Part shown: positions 7,676 to 17,318 of the stretch, in pieces
How the letters are laid out: every line of letters begins with the position of its first letter
How positions within the stretch are numbered: the first letter of the stretch is position 1
Virus record (IMG/VR): IMGVR_UViG_3300043446_003110
Strand: one strand, 5' to 3'
Source: a virus
DNA: 64,000 bases
The notes under the pieces: generated by a model
What the model was told of the DNA's origin: nothing
Seen by the model: the letters and a program-made list of their open reading frames with translations, nothing else
Database searches by the model: none
Program-made: the position numbers and the translations under genes

Positions 7676-8269
7676 ATGTTAGACATAAAAGATCCACAAA
7701 ATATACCCATAATATGGGGAATATTAGGAGCAATTGGCACTTTTTGCAGCCTAGTTTGGGTAAAAATAGTAAAACCAACGATAAAATTTGTAAAAGGACA
7801 AGAAGAAATAACTCATTCTCTTGAAACAATACGTAAAGAGTTAACAACTAATGGTGGAAATAGCTTAAAAGATACTGTAATAGATTTGCGTTCTACCATA
7901 AACAGAATGGAAAAAAGACAAAAAATTATAGAACAAAGAACAAAAGCCGCACTACACTATAACGATGTCGCTTTATTCGAAATAGATGATAGTGGCAGAT
8001 TAACGTGGACAAATAATAATTTTTATGAATTAACACAAGATGTATTAAATAGCGTAGATGGATATGATTGGCTTAATTATGTGCAAGAAAATCAAAGAGA
8101 AGAATTATTTGATGAATTAAAATCCTGTTTAGAAATGAACAGAAAATTAGCAAAAACAGTAAAAACGGTAGATGGAAAACTAGTAAAGTTTACTGGTTTT
8201 CCTTATAGGATAAATGAAAAAGAGCATGGAGGATTTTTAGTAAGCATTTCTCAACTCAAGGAGATATAA
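7676..8269 (+). CDS. Membrane protein: TM + coiled coil + C-terminal PAS domain
   Basis: GGAGG RBS before ATG7676; TM IIWGILGAIGTFCSLVWV; ELTTNGGNSLKD; PAS signature LFEIDDSGRLTWTN..FYELT..GYDWLNYV.E.QRE. Confidence 0.8.
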   Translation: MLDIKDPQNIPIIWGILGAIGTFCSLVWVKIVKPTIKFVKGQEEITHSLETIRKELTTNGGNSLKDTVIDLRSTINRMEKRQKIIEQRTKAALHYNDVALFEIDDSGRLTWTNNNFYELTQDVLNSVDGYDWLNYVQENQREELFDELKSCLEMNRKLAKTVKTVDGKLVKFTGFPYRINEKEHGGFLVSISQLKEI

Positions 8270-8271
8270 CA

Positions 8272-8493
8272 ATGTCAGAAGTCAAATGTGGTTCTGGTCC
8301 CTTTGCATTAAATACAACAGATCTGATTTCAGTAGGTAAAAATGCCCTATTAGTAGGTTTAGCCGCAGTACTAACTTATGTTGGCGAAAATTTAACTAAA
8401 TTAGATCTTGGAAATATGACAGCCCTAGTTGTACCCGTTACGGTAGTAGTGATAAACACATTAGTAAAATGGGCCAAGGATAATACAAAGTAA
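8272..8493 (+). CDS. Holin-like protein (2 TM)
   Basis: 73 aa, two hydrophobic helices, charged C-terminus KWAKDNTK; AAGGAG RBS. Confidence 0.6.
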   Translation: MSEVKCGSGPFALNTTDLISVGKNALLVGLAAVLTYVGENLTKLDLGNMTALVVPVTVVVINTLVKWAKDNTK

Positions 8494-9410
8494 TGTTTAA
8501 AACACCAAAAGATCTCTTAAAAGCTTATAAAGAAGGCTTTGTAGGATCATATTGTGATCCAAAAGAATTAGATAAACTTTTAGGTAAATTACCACATCCT
8601 TTATTTGGTGTGGCCGCTCATGATTTATATGGAAGCGGTAAAGGTAAGTTAGCATTACCATTTAAAAATTTACTTAAGTTTGATCCATCTTTTGGCCCAT
8701 CGGAAAGGCAAATTCAAGGAGATTGTGTTTCACATGCTACGCGAAACGCTGTAGACGTTACTAGAAGCTGTGAAATAGTAGACGGCCAACGAGAAGAATT
8801 TGTTTGTCGTGGTGCCACGGAAGGCATATACGGATCTCGCGGCCATGGCGGCGAAGGTATGACTTGTGCTGGTGCAGCAAGATTCGTTCATGAAACCGGC
8901 GGTATATTATTAAGACAAAAGTACGGAGAATACGATCTATCTGAATATAATGCCATTGGTGGCAAATGGGGCAGATCTGGAGTACCAGACGAGTTAGTTC
9001 AATATGCAAAAAAACATCAAGTAAAAACAATTAGCTTAATCAATACTATAGATCAAGCTAGAGATGCTTTAGCTAATGGATATTCTATTAGCGTTTGCTC
9101 AATGTCTGGATTTAGTTCTAGGCGTGATAAAAATGGAATAGCAGCACGTTCTGGATCATGGAGTCATGCCATGGCTTGGATAGGTATGGATGACACTCAT
9201 GAAATATACAATGAAACTTTATTCTTAGTCCAAAATTCTTGGGGGATTTGGAATAATGGGGAAAAGCGTTTAGATCAACCAGATGGTAGTTTCTGGATAC
9301 GAGAACGAGATGCAGCAGAAATGCTTGCATCAAATGGTTCGTGGGTGTTTAGCGATGTAGATGGTTTTCCCCCAAGAAAAGTAACTTGGACATTAAAAGA
9401 TCAATTCTAA
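8493..9410 (+). CDS. Papain-family (C1A-like) cysteine peptidase
   Basis: QIQGDCVSH (oxyanion Q, catalytic C), WSHAM (H), QNSWG (N), GSFWI. Confidence 0.88.
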   Translation: MFKTPKDLLKAYKEGFVGSYCDPKELDKLLGKLPHPLFGVAAHDLYGSGKGKLALPFKNLLKFDPSFGPSERQIQGDCVSHATRNAVDVTRSCEIVDGQREEFVCRGATEGIYGSRGHGGEGMTCAGAARFVHETGGILLRQKYGEYDLSEYNAIGGKWGRSGVPDELVQYAKKHQVKTISLINTIDQARDALANGYSISVCSMSGFSSRRDKNGIAARSGSWSHAMAWIGMDDTHEIYNETLFLVQNSWGIWNNGEKRLDQPDGSFWIRERDAAEMLASNGSWVFSDVDGFPPRKVTWTLKDQF

Positions 9411-9422
9411 AAGAGGTGTAAA

Positions 9423-9659
9423 ATGGCAATAACAACGACAGATGTAATTACTAATGTGGTCAGTGGAAGAGAAACAATCCAGAATGGCTCCGCAATAGTT
9501 TATTGCTGGAGAGGTGTGCCAATCAGCGGAAGTGGAAATTATCAAGCTTTAGTTAGTAATTTTGAATATGACAAAAATTATTCATATACAGGTCATGAAA
9601 CTAGATTAACAAATAGATTTGATGATGTTACATATTATACCACCGGTAGTGGTAATTGA
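9423..9659 (+). CDS. Hypothetical protein (Ser-Gly motifs, possibly virion-associated)
   Basis: GAGGT RBS; 78 aa. Confidence 0.6.
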   Translation: MAITTTDVITNVVSGRETIQNGSAIVYCWRGVPISGSGNYQALVSNFEYDKNYSYTGHETRLTNRFDDVTYYTTGSGN

Positions 9660-9672
9660 TTAGGAGCATAAC

Positions 9673-9804
9673 GTGGCGATAGTAAAAATAACAGAATTGC
9701 CAGAGTCAACTTCTATAGCTAATGACGATTTGTTAGTTATGGTTGATAGTGGAAATCCGTATGTAACTAAAAAAATTGCTTTTCTTATAACAACAATATC
9801 TTAG
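9673..9804 (+). CDS. 43 aa ORF or remnant resembling a tail-fibre N-terminal attachment motif
   Basis: AGGAG RBS + GTG; MAIVKITELPESTSIANDDLLVMVDSGNPYVTKKIAFLITTIS. Confidence 0.5.
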   Translation: MAIVKITELPESTSIANDDLLVMVDSGNPYVTKKIAFLITTIS

Positions 9805-9811
9805 GAATCAT

Positions 9812-10114
9812 ATGAAATATATATTTTTATGTTGCTTTTTATTATGTGGATGTATTAACGAACAAAATTGTTCAGTAAATCCACAAGATATAACAAACAT
9901 GTATTCTTCTTATGTAACGGAATGGCAAGAGAAATGCAAGAACGCATTTGATACGGCTGAACAAGAAGTATTTAAACCGCAACCAAAACCAGTTGTAGAT
10001 GATACTAATCCAGATCCAGCAAAATGTATCTGCAAGGGTACTGGAATAATCGTACAGGGAGATGGGCATAATACTGTTTGCCCATATCACGGCAAGACCA
10101 CTAATAAGAGGTAA
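9812..10114 (+). CDS. Putative lipoprotein with C-terminal Cys/His zinc-finger-like motif
   Basis: Signal with lipobox LLCGC; CICKGTG...GDG...CPYH. Confidence 0.65.
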   Translation: MKYIFLCCFLLCGCINEQNCSVNPQDITNMYSSYVTEWQEKCKNAFDTAEQEVFKPQPKPVVDDTNPDPAKCICKGTGIIVQGDGHNTVCPYHGKTTNKR

Positions 10115-10118
10115 TAAA

Positions 10119-10406
10119 ATGGAACTTTGGCAGATGGTGTTATTGTGCTTGGGATTATTAATATTATCAACAAATTTTATTGATATTCCATATTTAATTT
10201 CTAAGCTTGTTTCTAAATCAAAAACAAGAGAATTAATAGAAAAAGACGAAAACAAACAAGAGGGATTTTTGGAAATTGTCAGTTTATGGTATCAACTAAA
10301 AAATAAATGTGACGAACATAATCTTGATGTAGCTTCCGATAAACTTGATGAAGTATTCCCACTTTTAAACAAGGTAATTGAGGATAATAATGGAAAAGTT
10401 TCTTAA
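10119..10406 (+). CDS. Membrane-anchored hypothetical protein
   Basis: GAGGT RBS before ATG10119; N-terminal TM. Confidence 0.65.
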   Translation: MELWQMVLLCLGLLILSTNFIDIPYLISKLVSKSKTRELIEKDENKQEGFLEIVSLWYQLKNKCDEHNLDVASDKLDEVFPLLNKVIEDNNGKVS

Positions 10407-10860
10407 ATTAAAAAATTTAATAGCTATAATGTTGATTGGAGTGGCGTTATGTGGTTCTATAAATAATGTATTACCAGTAATAATACCAAAACCAGATGTT
10501 GCTATACTTAACATAGATAAACCATCTGACAGAATTATAGAATTAACAAAATCTACATCTAATCTTGTTACTGATCCAACCGATAGAGCTAAATTAGCTA
10601 TTTATAGTCAAGAATTTTCTAGTAGAGTCATAAAATATGACGTTCAGTTACAACAAGTGAACGATATTTTATCAATTGCAGCAAGAGAGTTTTTCCAAGG
10701 ATCAATAAACGATAAATATGTTGGACTTGATGATAGAATTATTAATCTAATTACTTCTGCCTGTGGTGGAGATGAAAACCATAAACTTACTGAACAAGAA
10801 AAAATTGAAATATCAGAAAGATTTTTAGGACTTGCTTGGTTATTAATTCAAAGAAAGTAA
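10390..10860 (+). CDS. Secreted or membrane-anchored helical protein
   Basis: GAGG RBS; hydrophobic N-terminus LIAIMLIGVALC. Confidence 0.65.
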   Translation: MEKFLKLKNLIAIMLIGVALCGSINNVLPVIIPKPDVAILNIDKPSDRIIELTKSTSNLVTDPTDRAKLAIYSQEFSSRVIKYDVQLQQVNDILSIAAREFFQGSINDKYVGLDDRIINLITSACGGDENHKLTEQEKIEISERFLGLAWLLIQRK

Positions 10861-10863
10861 AAT

Positions 10864-11499
10864 ATGGCTATACCAATCTCTCAGATAAAACAAATAGTTG
10901 ATTTCATTTTTTCTAAAAATGGATATGATATAAAAAATCTAAATATTAGTTTTCCACAGCCGCTAGACATAAAAATTGTAAAAGACTCGTCAGAAAATAT
11001 CATCTTGTCTTTCACTGAATCATTACCAAAAGTAACATGGAAAAAATTTGTTAGATTAAGTGCTTATGTACAGGGGTTGACTTTGGGCAAAGACGGTGGT
11101 ACACTTAAGTTGAAGTACCTACCAGACATCAATTTTACTTATGATGACAATTCAGAGTCATTATTTGGCAACTCATTTGATGTTAGCGATATAGAATTTC
11201 AAGTTGATACAGAATTTCCAGATGAAGAACAAAACTTTTTAGCAAAAAAGTGCTTGCACTATGCCAATGAATGGGCTACAATAGTTAGCCAAAGCGGCAC
11301 AGATTTTGGTTCATGCGACAGATATATCAGAAGACAACTCAAAAAAGATTGCAAAAATTTTGTCATATCAAATGTAAAAGATGACGAAGAGGTTCGCCAC
11401 GGATCTGTCGTTTTGACATTTTTATTAATCTATGTTGTATTACCTGTTGTGCTTAAATTTGTGCTTGAAAGACTCTTTAAAAAACTATTTAACGAATAA
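10864..11499 (+). CDS. Hypothetical protein with C-terminal TM helix
   Basis: VVLTFLLIYVVLPVVLKFVL at C-terminus. Confidence 0.65.
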   Translation: MAIPISQIKQIVDFIFSKNGYDIKNLNISFPQPLDIKIVKDSSENIILSFTESLPKVTWKKFVRLSAYVQGLTLGKDGGTLKLKYLPDINFTYDDNSESLFGNSFDVSDIEFQVDTEFPDEEQNFLAKKCLHYANEWATIVSQSGTDFGSCDRYIRRQLKKDCKNFVISNVKDDEEVRHGSVVLTFLLIYVVLPVVLKFVLERLFKKLFNE

Positions 11500-11526
11500 T
11501 TGACGATTGAACAGAAAGGGTAATTA

Positions 11527-13755
11527 ATGCGCGTTCAAAAGAGGAACGGTAGTTTCGAAGTCTATACAGTTGAAAAAATACATAAGGTGGTTGAATGGGC
11601 CATTAAAGATATTGCAAATGTTTCTTGGTCTGACATAGAAATGAACGCCAATTTATCTTTGAGGGATGGTATTACTACACAAGAAATACATCAAATACTC
11701 ATTAAATCTGCAAATGACCTGACCTCACCAAGTAAGCCAAATTATCAATATGTGGCGTCTAGACTACTCAATATGTCTTTAAGAAAAGACCTTTGGGAAA
11801 AACATGACTCGCCACCAAGTCTATTTTCTCATATATATGAGAACGTCAAGGCTGGAGTGTATGACAATGAACTATTGTCTAAATGGTCAGAAGAACAGAT
11901 CGGCCAGATAGAAAAACTTATTGATCACGATAGAGACTATTTATTTACATACGCTGGTTTACAGCAGATGATAGACAAATATCTAATTAAAAACCGCTCT
12001 ACTGGCGAAATGTATGAAACACCACAGTTTGCCTATATATGTATTGCTATGTCTTTGTTTGATACTATAGAAGAGGTAGAAGAAGCATATGAAAGTTTTT
12101 CCACATTTAAAATCAATCTGCCAACACCTATCATGGCTGGAGTAAGGACTAAGATTAAACAATTTGCAAGCTGTGTCTTAGTAGACGTAGAAGACGATCT
12201 TGATTCTATATTCTCTAGCGTACACGCGGTTGGTAAATATACAGCAAGAAGAGCCGGTATCGGATTAAATATTGGTAGAATTAGACCAATTAATTCAAGC
12301 ATTAGGGGCGGTGAAGTAGTTCATACTGGTTTGATACCGTATCTCAAAGTCTTTGAGTCTGCCGTAAAGGCCACAAGTCAAAACGGAATTCGCGGAGGGT
12401 CTGCCACTGTACATATTCCATTTTGGCATTATGAAATTGAAGATATTATGGTTCTAAAGAATAACGCCGGAACTGACGATAATAGGGTAAGAAAACTAGA
12501 TTACTCTGTACAGTTCAACAAGCTTTTTTATGAGCGTTTAATAAAGAATGAAGATATCACACTTATGAGTCCTCATGAAACTGGCGGATTATATTCAGCT
12601 ATGAACAACAATGAAGACTTCAAAAAGCTATACGAAAAGTACGAAAATGCTCGTTACGTCAAGATGAAGAAAAAGATTAGTGCCAGAAAATTAGCAGAAA
12701 TCTTTACAAAAGAAAGATTAGAAACTGGTCGTATTTATGTGATGAACATTGACAACGCCAATGAACATGGTTCTTGGGACGCACCTGTATATATGAGTAA
12801 TCTTTGTCAGGAAATTATCCACCCAACTAATCCAATAGTTTCTATAGACGATGAGGTTGGCGAGATTGGCATTTGTATTTTGTCTGCACTAAACCTGCTT
12901 GAAATAGAGGATGACAAAGACTTACAGCAAGCCTGTTCGGTAACAGTAAAGTCATTAGAATCTATTATTGACTATCAAGACTATCCAGTTGAGGCTGGAA
13001 GAAATTTTACTAAGAATCGCAGATCGCTTGGTATTGGTATAACAAACTTTGCCGCGTTTCTAGCAAAACATAAACTTAAGTATGAAGACGCTGAGACTCT
13101 AAAATTAGTACATCAAACTATGGAAAAAATTCAGTGGCATCTGCTAAATGAATCATGCAAGCTTGCTGAAAAGCTTGGTCCATGTTCTAAGTTTGGTGAG
13201 ACAAAATATTCTAGAGGATTATTACCAATAGATTGGTATAAAAAAACAGTTGACGAACTGGTTGCTCCAGAATATACTATGGATTGGGAAGGTTTACGAT
13301 CTAGAATAGCAAAGTTTGGTCTTAGACATTCAACCGTCACGGCAATTATGCCATGCGAATCGTCAAGCGTAATACAGAACAGTACAAATGGCATTGAGCC
13401 AGTTCGCAATCTTATGTCCTACAAAAAAGCAAAAAATGGAGTTCTAAAACAATTAGTTCCAAATTACGCTTCAAGAAAAAATTATTACAGCTTGGCTTGG
13501 GAAATGGAAAATAATAAGGCCATTTTAAATATCTGTGCCGTGCTTCAAAAGTTTGTTGATATGAGTATTAGCGTCAATCTGTACTATAATTATGCCCATT
13601 ATCCAGACGGCAATATACCCTTGAGCGTCTTAATAAAAGATCAAATTTACGGGTATAAATATGGTGTAAAGAACTTTTATTACTGTAATACCCCTGACGG
13701 TGACGGTGCGACAGAAAAAGAAACCAATTGTGAATCGGGGGCTTGTGCTATATGA
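11527..13755 (+). CDS. nrdA: Ribonucleotide reductase class Ia alpha subunit
   Basis: N-terminal ATP cone, PTPIMAG, SCVL, NLCQEI, YY pair, C-terminal CESGAC. Confidence 0.97.
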   Translation: MRVQKRNGSFEVYTVEKIHKVVEWAIKDIANVSWSDIEMNANLSLRDGITTQEIHQILIKSANDLTSPSKPNYQYVASRLLNMSLRKDLWEKHDSPPSLFSHIYENVKAGVYDNELLSKWSEEQIGQIEKLIDHDRDYLFTYAGLQQMIDKYLIKNRSTGEMYETPQFAYICIAMSLFDTIEEVEEAYESFSTFKINLPTPIMAGVRTKIKQFASCVLVDVEDDLDSIFSSVHAVGKYTARRAGIGLNIGRIRPINSSIRGGEVVHTGLIPYLKVFESAVKATSQNGIRGGSATVHIPFWHYEIEDIMVLKNNAGTDDNRVRKLDYSVQFNKLFYERLIKNEDITLMSPHETGGLYSAMNNNEDFKKLYEKYENARYVKMKKKISARKLAEIFTKERLETGRIYVMNIDNANEHGSWDAPVYMSNLCQEIIHPTNPIVSIDDEVGEIGICILSALNLLEIEDDKDLQQACSVTVKSLESIIDYQDYPVEAGRNFTKNRRSLGIGITNFAAFLAKHKLKYEDAETLKLVHQTMEKIQWHLLNESCKLAEKLGPCSKFGETKYSRGLLPIDWYKKTVDELVAPEYTMDWEGLRSRIAKFGLRHSTVTAIMPCESSSVIQNSTNGIEPVRNLMSYKKAKNGVLKQLVPNYASRKNYYSLAWEMENNKAILNICAVLQKFVDMSISVNLYYNYAHYPDGNIPLSVLIKDQIYGYKYGVKNFYYCNTPDGDGATEKETNCESGACAI

Positions 13756-14828
13756 AAACAATATTGAACAAACATAATGTAGATTATCTTTCTCAGCCAT
13801 TATTCCTTGGCGAAGATCTATCCCTACAGAGATACGATAAGTTTAAGTATCCCGTGTTCTTTGATCTATATAAGAAACAAATAGAATTCTTCTGGAGGCC
13901 AGAAGAAATAGAACTTAAAAAAGATAGAAATGACTTCAAAAATGACGATGTAATGTCGGCAAATGAGAAGTTTATTTTTACTTCCAATTTAAAGTATCAG
14001 ACTATGATGGATAGCGTTATTTGTAGAGGAGTGCCTACGTTGACTCAATATGTTTCTAATCCAGAATTAGAAGCATGTATGAATGTTTGGCAGTTCTTTG
14101 AACAAATTCATAGCTACAGTTATACCTATATTATCAAGAACGTATACAGCAATCCAAGTGAAATATTAGACAGTTGCTTAACAGACAAAGAAATACTTAA
14201 AAGAGCTAATGTAGCAATCAAGGAATATAACGCATTAAGAGAAATAGGTCATTCCGGCAAACTTAAAGATATCAAAAAGCAGATTTACCTAACTCTTATA
14301 AGCGTTAATATTCTTGAAGCAGTTAGATTTTATGTTTCATTTATCTGCGCTTTTGCGTTTGCTGAAAATAAAAAAATGATGGGCAATGCTGATATTATCA
14401 AGTTAATCAAACGTGATGAAGCATTACACTTATACAATACGCAAGAAATAATTAAGATTTTACGTACAAATCCAGATGAAGGATTTATTAAAATTGCAGA
14501 AGAGTGCGAAGATGAAGCGGTTCAAATGTTTGAATCTGCCGCCAATGAAGAAAAAGCATGGTCAGAATATTTATTTAAAGATGGATCAATTATCGGTCTT
14601 AATGAGAAAGTAATGGCAGAATACATTGATTGGTTATGCATGAGTCGCAGAAAGACTATTGGTTTACCATACGATAAAGGGTGTAGAAATCCAATTTCTG
14701 GATGGACCGATCCATGGATGAATAGTGAATCAGTTCAAGTAGCACCACAAGAACATGAAATCACATCATATAAAATTGGTGCAAGCAAAAATGATTTAGA
14801 GGATATGGAGCTAGGAGGACTGCTATGA
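13752..14828 (+). CDS. nrdB: Ribonucleotide reductase class Ia beta subunit
   Basis: FFWRPEE, EQIHSYSY (radical Tyr), LEAVRFYVSF, RDEALH, APQE. Confidence 0.97.
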   Translation: MKTILNKHNVDYLSQPLFLGEDLSLQRYDKFKYPVFFDLYKKQIEFFWRPEEIELKKDRNDFKNDDVMSANEKFIFTSNLKYQTMMDSVICRGVPTLTQYVSNPELEACMNVWQFFEQIHSYSYTYIIKNVYSNPSEILDSCLTDKEILKRANVAIKEYNALREIGHSGKLKDIKKQIYLTLISVNILEAVRFYVSFICAFAFAENKKMMGNADIIKLIKRDEALHLYNTQEIIKILRTNPDEGFIKIAEECEDEAVQMFESAANEEKAWSEYLFKDGSIIGLNEKVMAEYIDWLCMSRRKTIGLPYDKGCRNPISGWTDPWMNSESVQVAPQEHEITSYKIGASKNDLEDMELGGLL

Positions 14829-15253
14829 ATAATTTAGTAAAAGTTCAAATTTTGAAAATTGAAGGTAAAGTTCCCACTAAGGCAAACATAAATGACGCTG
14901 GATTTGATTTATATTCTGCTATTGATACCGTCATACCATCAAAACAACGCAAGACTGTCAGTACCGGGATAGCAATACAAATGCCAGAACAATTTGCTGG
15001 TTTAATTTGGCCCAGATCGGGTTTATCAGTTAAACATGGTATCGATGTTTTGGCTGGAGTAGTGGATAGTGGATATAGAGGAGAAATAATGGTATGTCTA
15101 TATAATACTTCTGATGAAAATGTTAGTATACATACCGGGGATAGAATCGCTCAGATTATATTCCAAGAGGTTCCTCGCGTAATTATGGAGGTCCATGAAT
15201 CGTTAGGTTCCTCGCAACGGGGAGAAAACGGCTTTGGCAGCAGCGGCAAATAA
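14825..15253 (+). CDS. dut: Trimeric dUTPase
   Basis: AGFDL, PRSGL, GVVDSGYRGEI, DRIAQ, RGENGFGSSG. Confidence 0.97.
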   Translation: MNNLVKVQILKIEGKVPTKANINDAGFDLYSAIDTVIPSKQRKTVSTGIAIQMPEQFAGLIWPRSGLSVKHGIDVLAGVVDSGYRGEIMVCLYNTSDENVSIHTGDRIAQIIFQEVPRVIMEVHESLGSSQRGENGFGSSGK

Positions 15254-15914
15254 CAATTCGAAAAAAAACAAAAAATCTAAACAAGAACCAAAACAAAATG
15301 TACTAGTAGCAAAAACAGAAAATCAAAAAGATTATATTAGATCAATCATTGAGAATGATATAATATTTTGTACCGGACCATCTGGAACTGGTAAATCTTT
15401 TATTGCCGCAGGAGTTGCTGCTGAACATTTATTAAAGGATAAAATTGAAAATATAATAGTAACAAGACCGTTAGTATGCACAGGAAAAGATATAGGATCA
15501 TTACCGGGAGAATTGGGAGAAAAAATTAAGCCATACCTACAACCTATGGAAGAAAATCTAAAATACTTTTTGGGTAGAGATAAGTTTGGCTTATATTACA
15601 ATACTCGCAGAATTAAATTTGAGCCACTTGAGACTATGAGAGGATCAACATTTCACAATTCTTATATGATATTAGATGAAGCTCAGAACTGTACCTTAGA
15701 GCAGATTAAAATGTTTATTACACGCATGGGTGAAAATTCTAAAGTAATGATAAATGGTGATACCAAACAAACAGATTTGTATCGCGGGAATGGATTATTA
15801 GAATGTATAGAAAAATTGACAGATATTCATGGTATAGGAATGTGTCGATTAGGATATGAAGATATACAAAGAAATGGAATTTTAGGAGCTGTTCTACACG
15901 CTTTAGAATCTTGA
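15234..15914 (+). CDS. phoH: PhoH-family ATPase
   Basis: GPSGTGKS, RPLV, LPG, MRGSTF, ILDEAQN, TRMGENSK, GDTKQTD. Confidence 0.95.
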   Translation: MAAAANNNSKKNKKSKQEPKQNVLVAKTENQKDYIRSIIENDIIFCTGPSGTGKSFIAAGVAAEHLLKDKIENIIVTRPLVCTGKDIGSLPGELGEKIKPYLQPMEENLKYFLGRDKFGLYYNTRRIKFEPLETMRGSTFHNSYMILDEAQNCTLEQIKMFITRMGENSKVMINGDTKQTDLYRGNGLLECIEKLTDIHGIGMCRLGYEDIQRNGILGAVLHALES

Positions 15915-15921
15915 GGATTAT

Positions 15922-16272
15922 ATGTTATATGATTATATTTGTGACGAATGCCATAATGAAATGAAAGATGTTTATCAGTCCATTAAGGATGATGCATTAA
16001 CCACTTGTCCAGCATGTGGAAAAAGTGGTCTACGAAGAGTAATATATGGTGGCATAGCATCTTTTATGAAGGACTGTAAAACGATAGGCAGTCTGGCAGA
16101 AAAGAATTGGTCACAAAAGGGCAGTTACGAAAAATCCGACATAGAATCACAATCCAAGAAGAGTACGGAGGAAACTTCGTACTTTTCTTCTTTTGGATCA
16201 GCATCTAAAAAAGAAATCAACAAAATGACAGAAGCACAAAAAACAAAATATATTATGACAGGTGAAAAATGA
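15922..16272 (+). CDS. FmdB-like zinc-ribbon protein
   Basis: YDYICDEC...QSIKDD.LTTCPACG..LRR. Confidence 0.8.
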   Translation: MLYDYICDECHNEMKDVYQSIKDDALTTCPACGKSGLRRVIYGGIASFMKDCKTIGSLAEKNWSQKGSYEKSDIESQSKKSTEETSYFSSFGSASKKEINKMTEAQKTKYIMTGEK

Positions 16273-16613
16273 AATTTATCAATTCTGAAAATCAAGCATT
16301 TGAAATTAACCATACAGATGTATTTGAAATCAATCTAAATAAACTGGGAAGACCAATCAGCGATGAGTCTGAAAAGATATTTGCCAAGACAATTGGGAAT
16401 ACAAATTCTATACCTAGTCAAAATAAATATGCAATTTTAGTATTTAATAACCAACCGTATGATCCCTATGGAATTGATAGTCATAGAGAATCCACACTAT
16501 CGCTCAGTTTGAAACAAGTTAGCAAACAAACACATGATATGTATGTATCTTATTTAAAAAGTAAAAATTCTCTATATATGACTAGGGCACAAAGGAGTTT
16601 TATCAATGGCTAA
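16269..16613 (+). CDS. Hypothetical protein
   Basis: ATGA-coupled ORF. Confidence 0.7.
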   Translation: MKFINSENQAFEINHTDVFEINLNKLGRPISDESEKIFAKTIGNTNSIPSQNKYAILVFNNQPYDPYGIDSHRESTLSLSLKQVSKQTHDMYVSYLKSKNSLYMTRAQRSFING

Positions 16614-16893
16614 AACTGGACCTCTCGGTAAAGCTGAATCTTTTTACGTAGAAGAAAAATATAAATCTGGTAATAGTATTGAACAGATTGCACAAGATTT
16701 AGATAGAGCTGTTGGTGCTATTGAAAAATATATCAAGAAATGCAAGATAGAAGCACCAAAAACTATAGTAGATCAACAATTTGTACGTCAGGGCGGTGCA
16801 ACCATAATGACAGAAAATGCATCTACTATGATAGATCAAAAAAAAATTATACCAAACAGAAAAAACCCTAGCTGTGTTACCAAAATACGATGA
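16606..16893 (+). CDS. Small HTH-like protein
   Basis: SIEQIAQDLDRAVGAIEKYI resembles a helix-turn-helix. Confidence 0.55.
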   Translation: MAKTGPLGKAESFYVEEKYKSGNSIEQIAQDLDRAVGAIEKYIKKCKIEAPKTIVDQQFVRQGGATIMTENASTMIDQKKIIPNRKNPSCVTKIR

Positions 16894-17318
16894 ATAATTT
16901 TATTACTTCATATACTGATTGGCTTGAGGAATATAAAAAAGACAAGTATAATACTTGGATTCGTGCTATTTTAAATGATGGTAAAGAAATTTATCTCAGA
17001 AACTATAATGAATGGATGGATCTAAAAAATTATTGTAAATTACACAAACTTTGTATTAATAAAATAGGTTTACAATATAGATCAAGTTCTATAGAAATTG
17101 ATACCTCTGGCACAGATGCGGTTTATTTGATAAGATCTATGTTGGCCACATTTGGTAAAGATGAAAAACATACATACACAGTTGGCAAAGTGTATGGAAA
17201 TAAAGTCAAAAAAACAATATGGATTATACCAGAATTGATACAGCACTTAGAAGAAGAAGATAATATTGAACAATGTTTTGAAGAAGCCATAATATACAAT
17301 TATGCCACAGAAAAATAA
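16890..17318 (+). CDS. Hypothetical protein
   Basis: ATGA-coupled ORF. Confidence 0.7.
   Translation: MNNFITSYTDWLEEYKKDKYNTWIRAILNDGKEIYLRNYNEWMDLKNYCKLHKLCINKIGLQYRSSSIEIDTSGTDAVYLIRSMLATFGKDEKHTYTVGKVYGNKVKKTIWIIPELIQHLEEEDNIEQCFEEAIIYNYATEK

Noticed and set aside
15234-15914. phoH as a notable auxiliary metabolic gene
   Set aside because: Very common in large phages; nothing unusual in sequence or context
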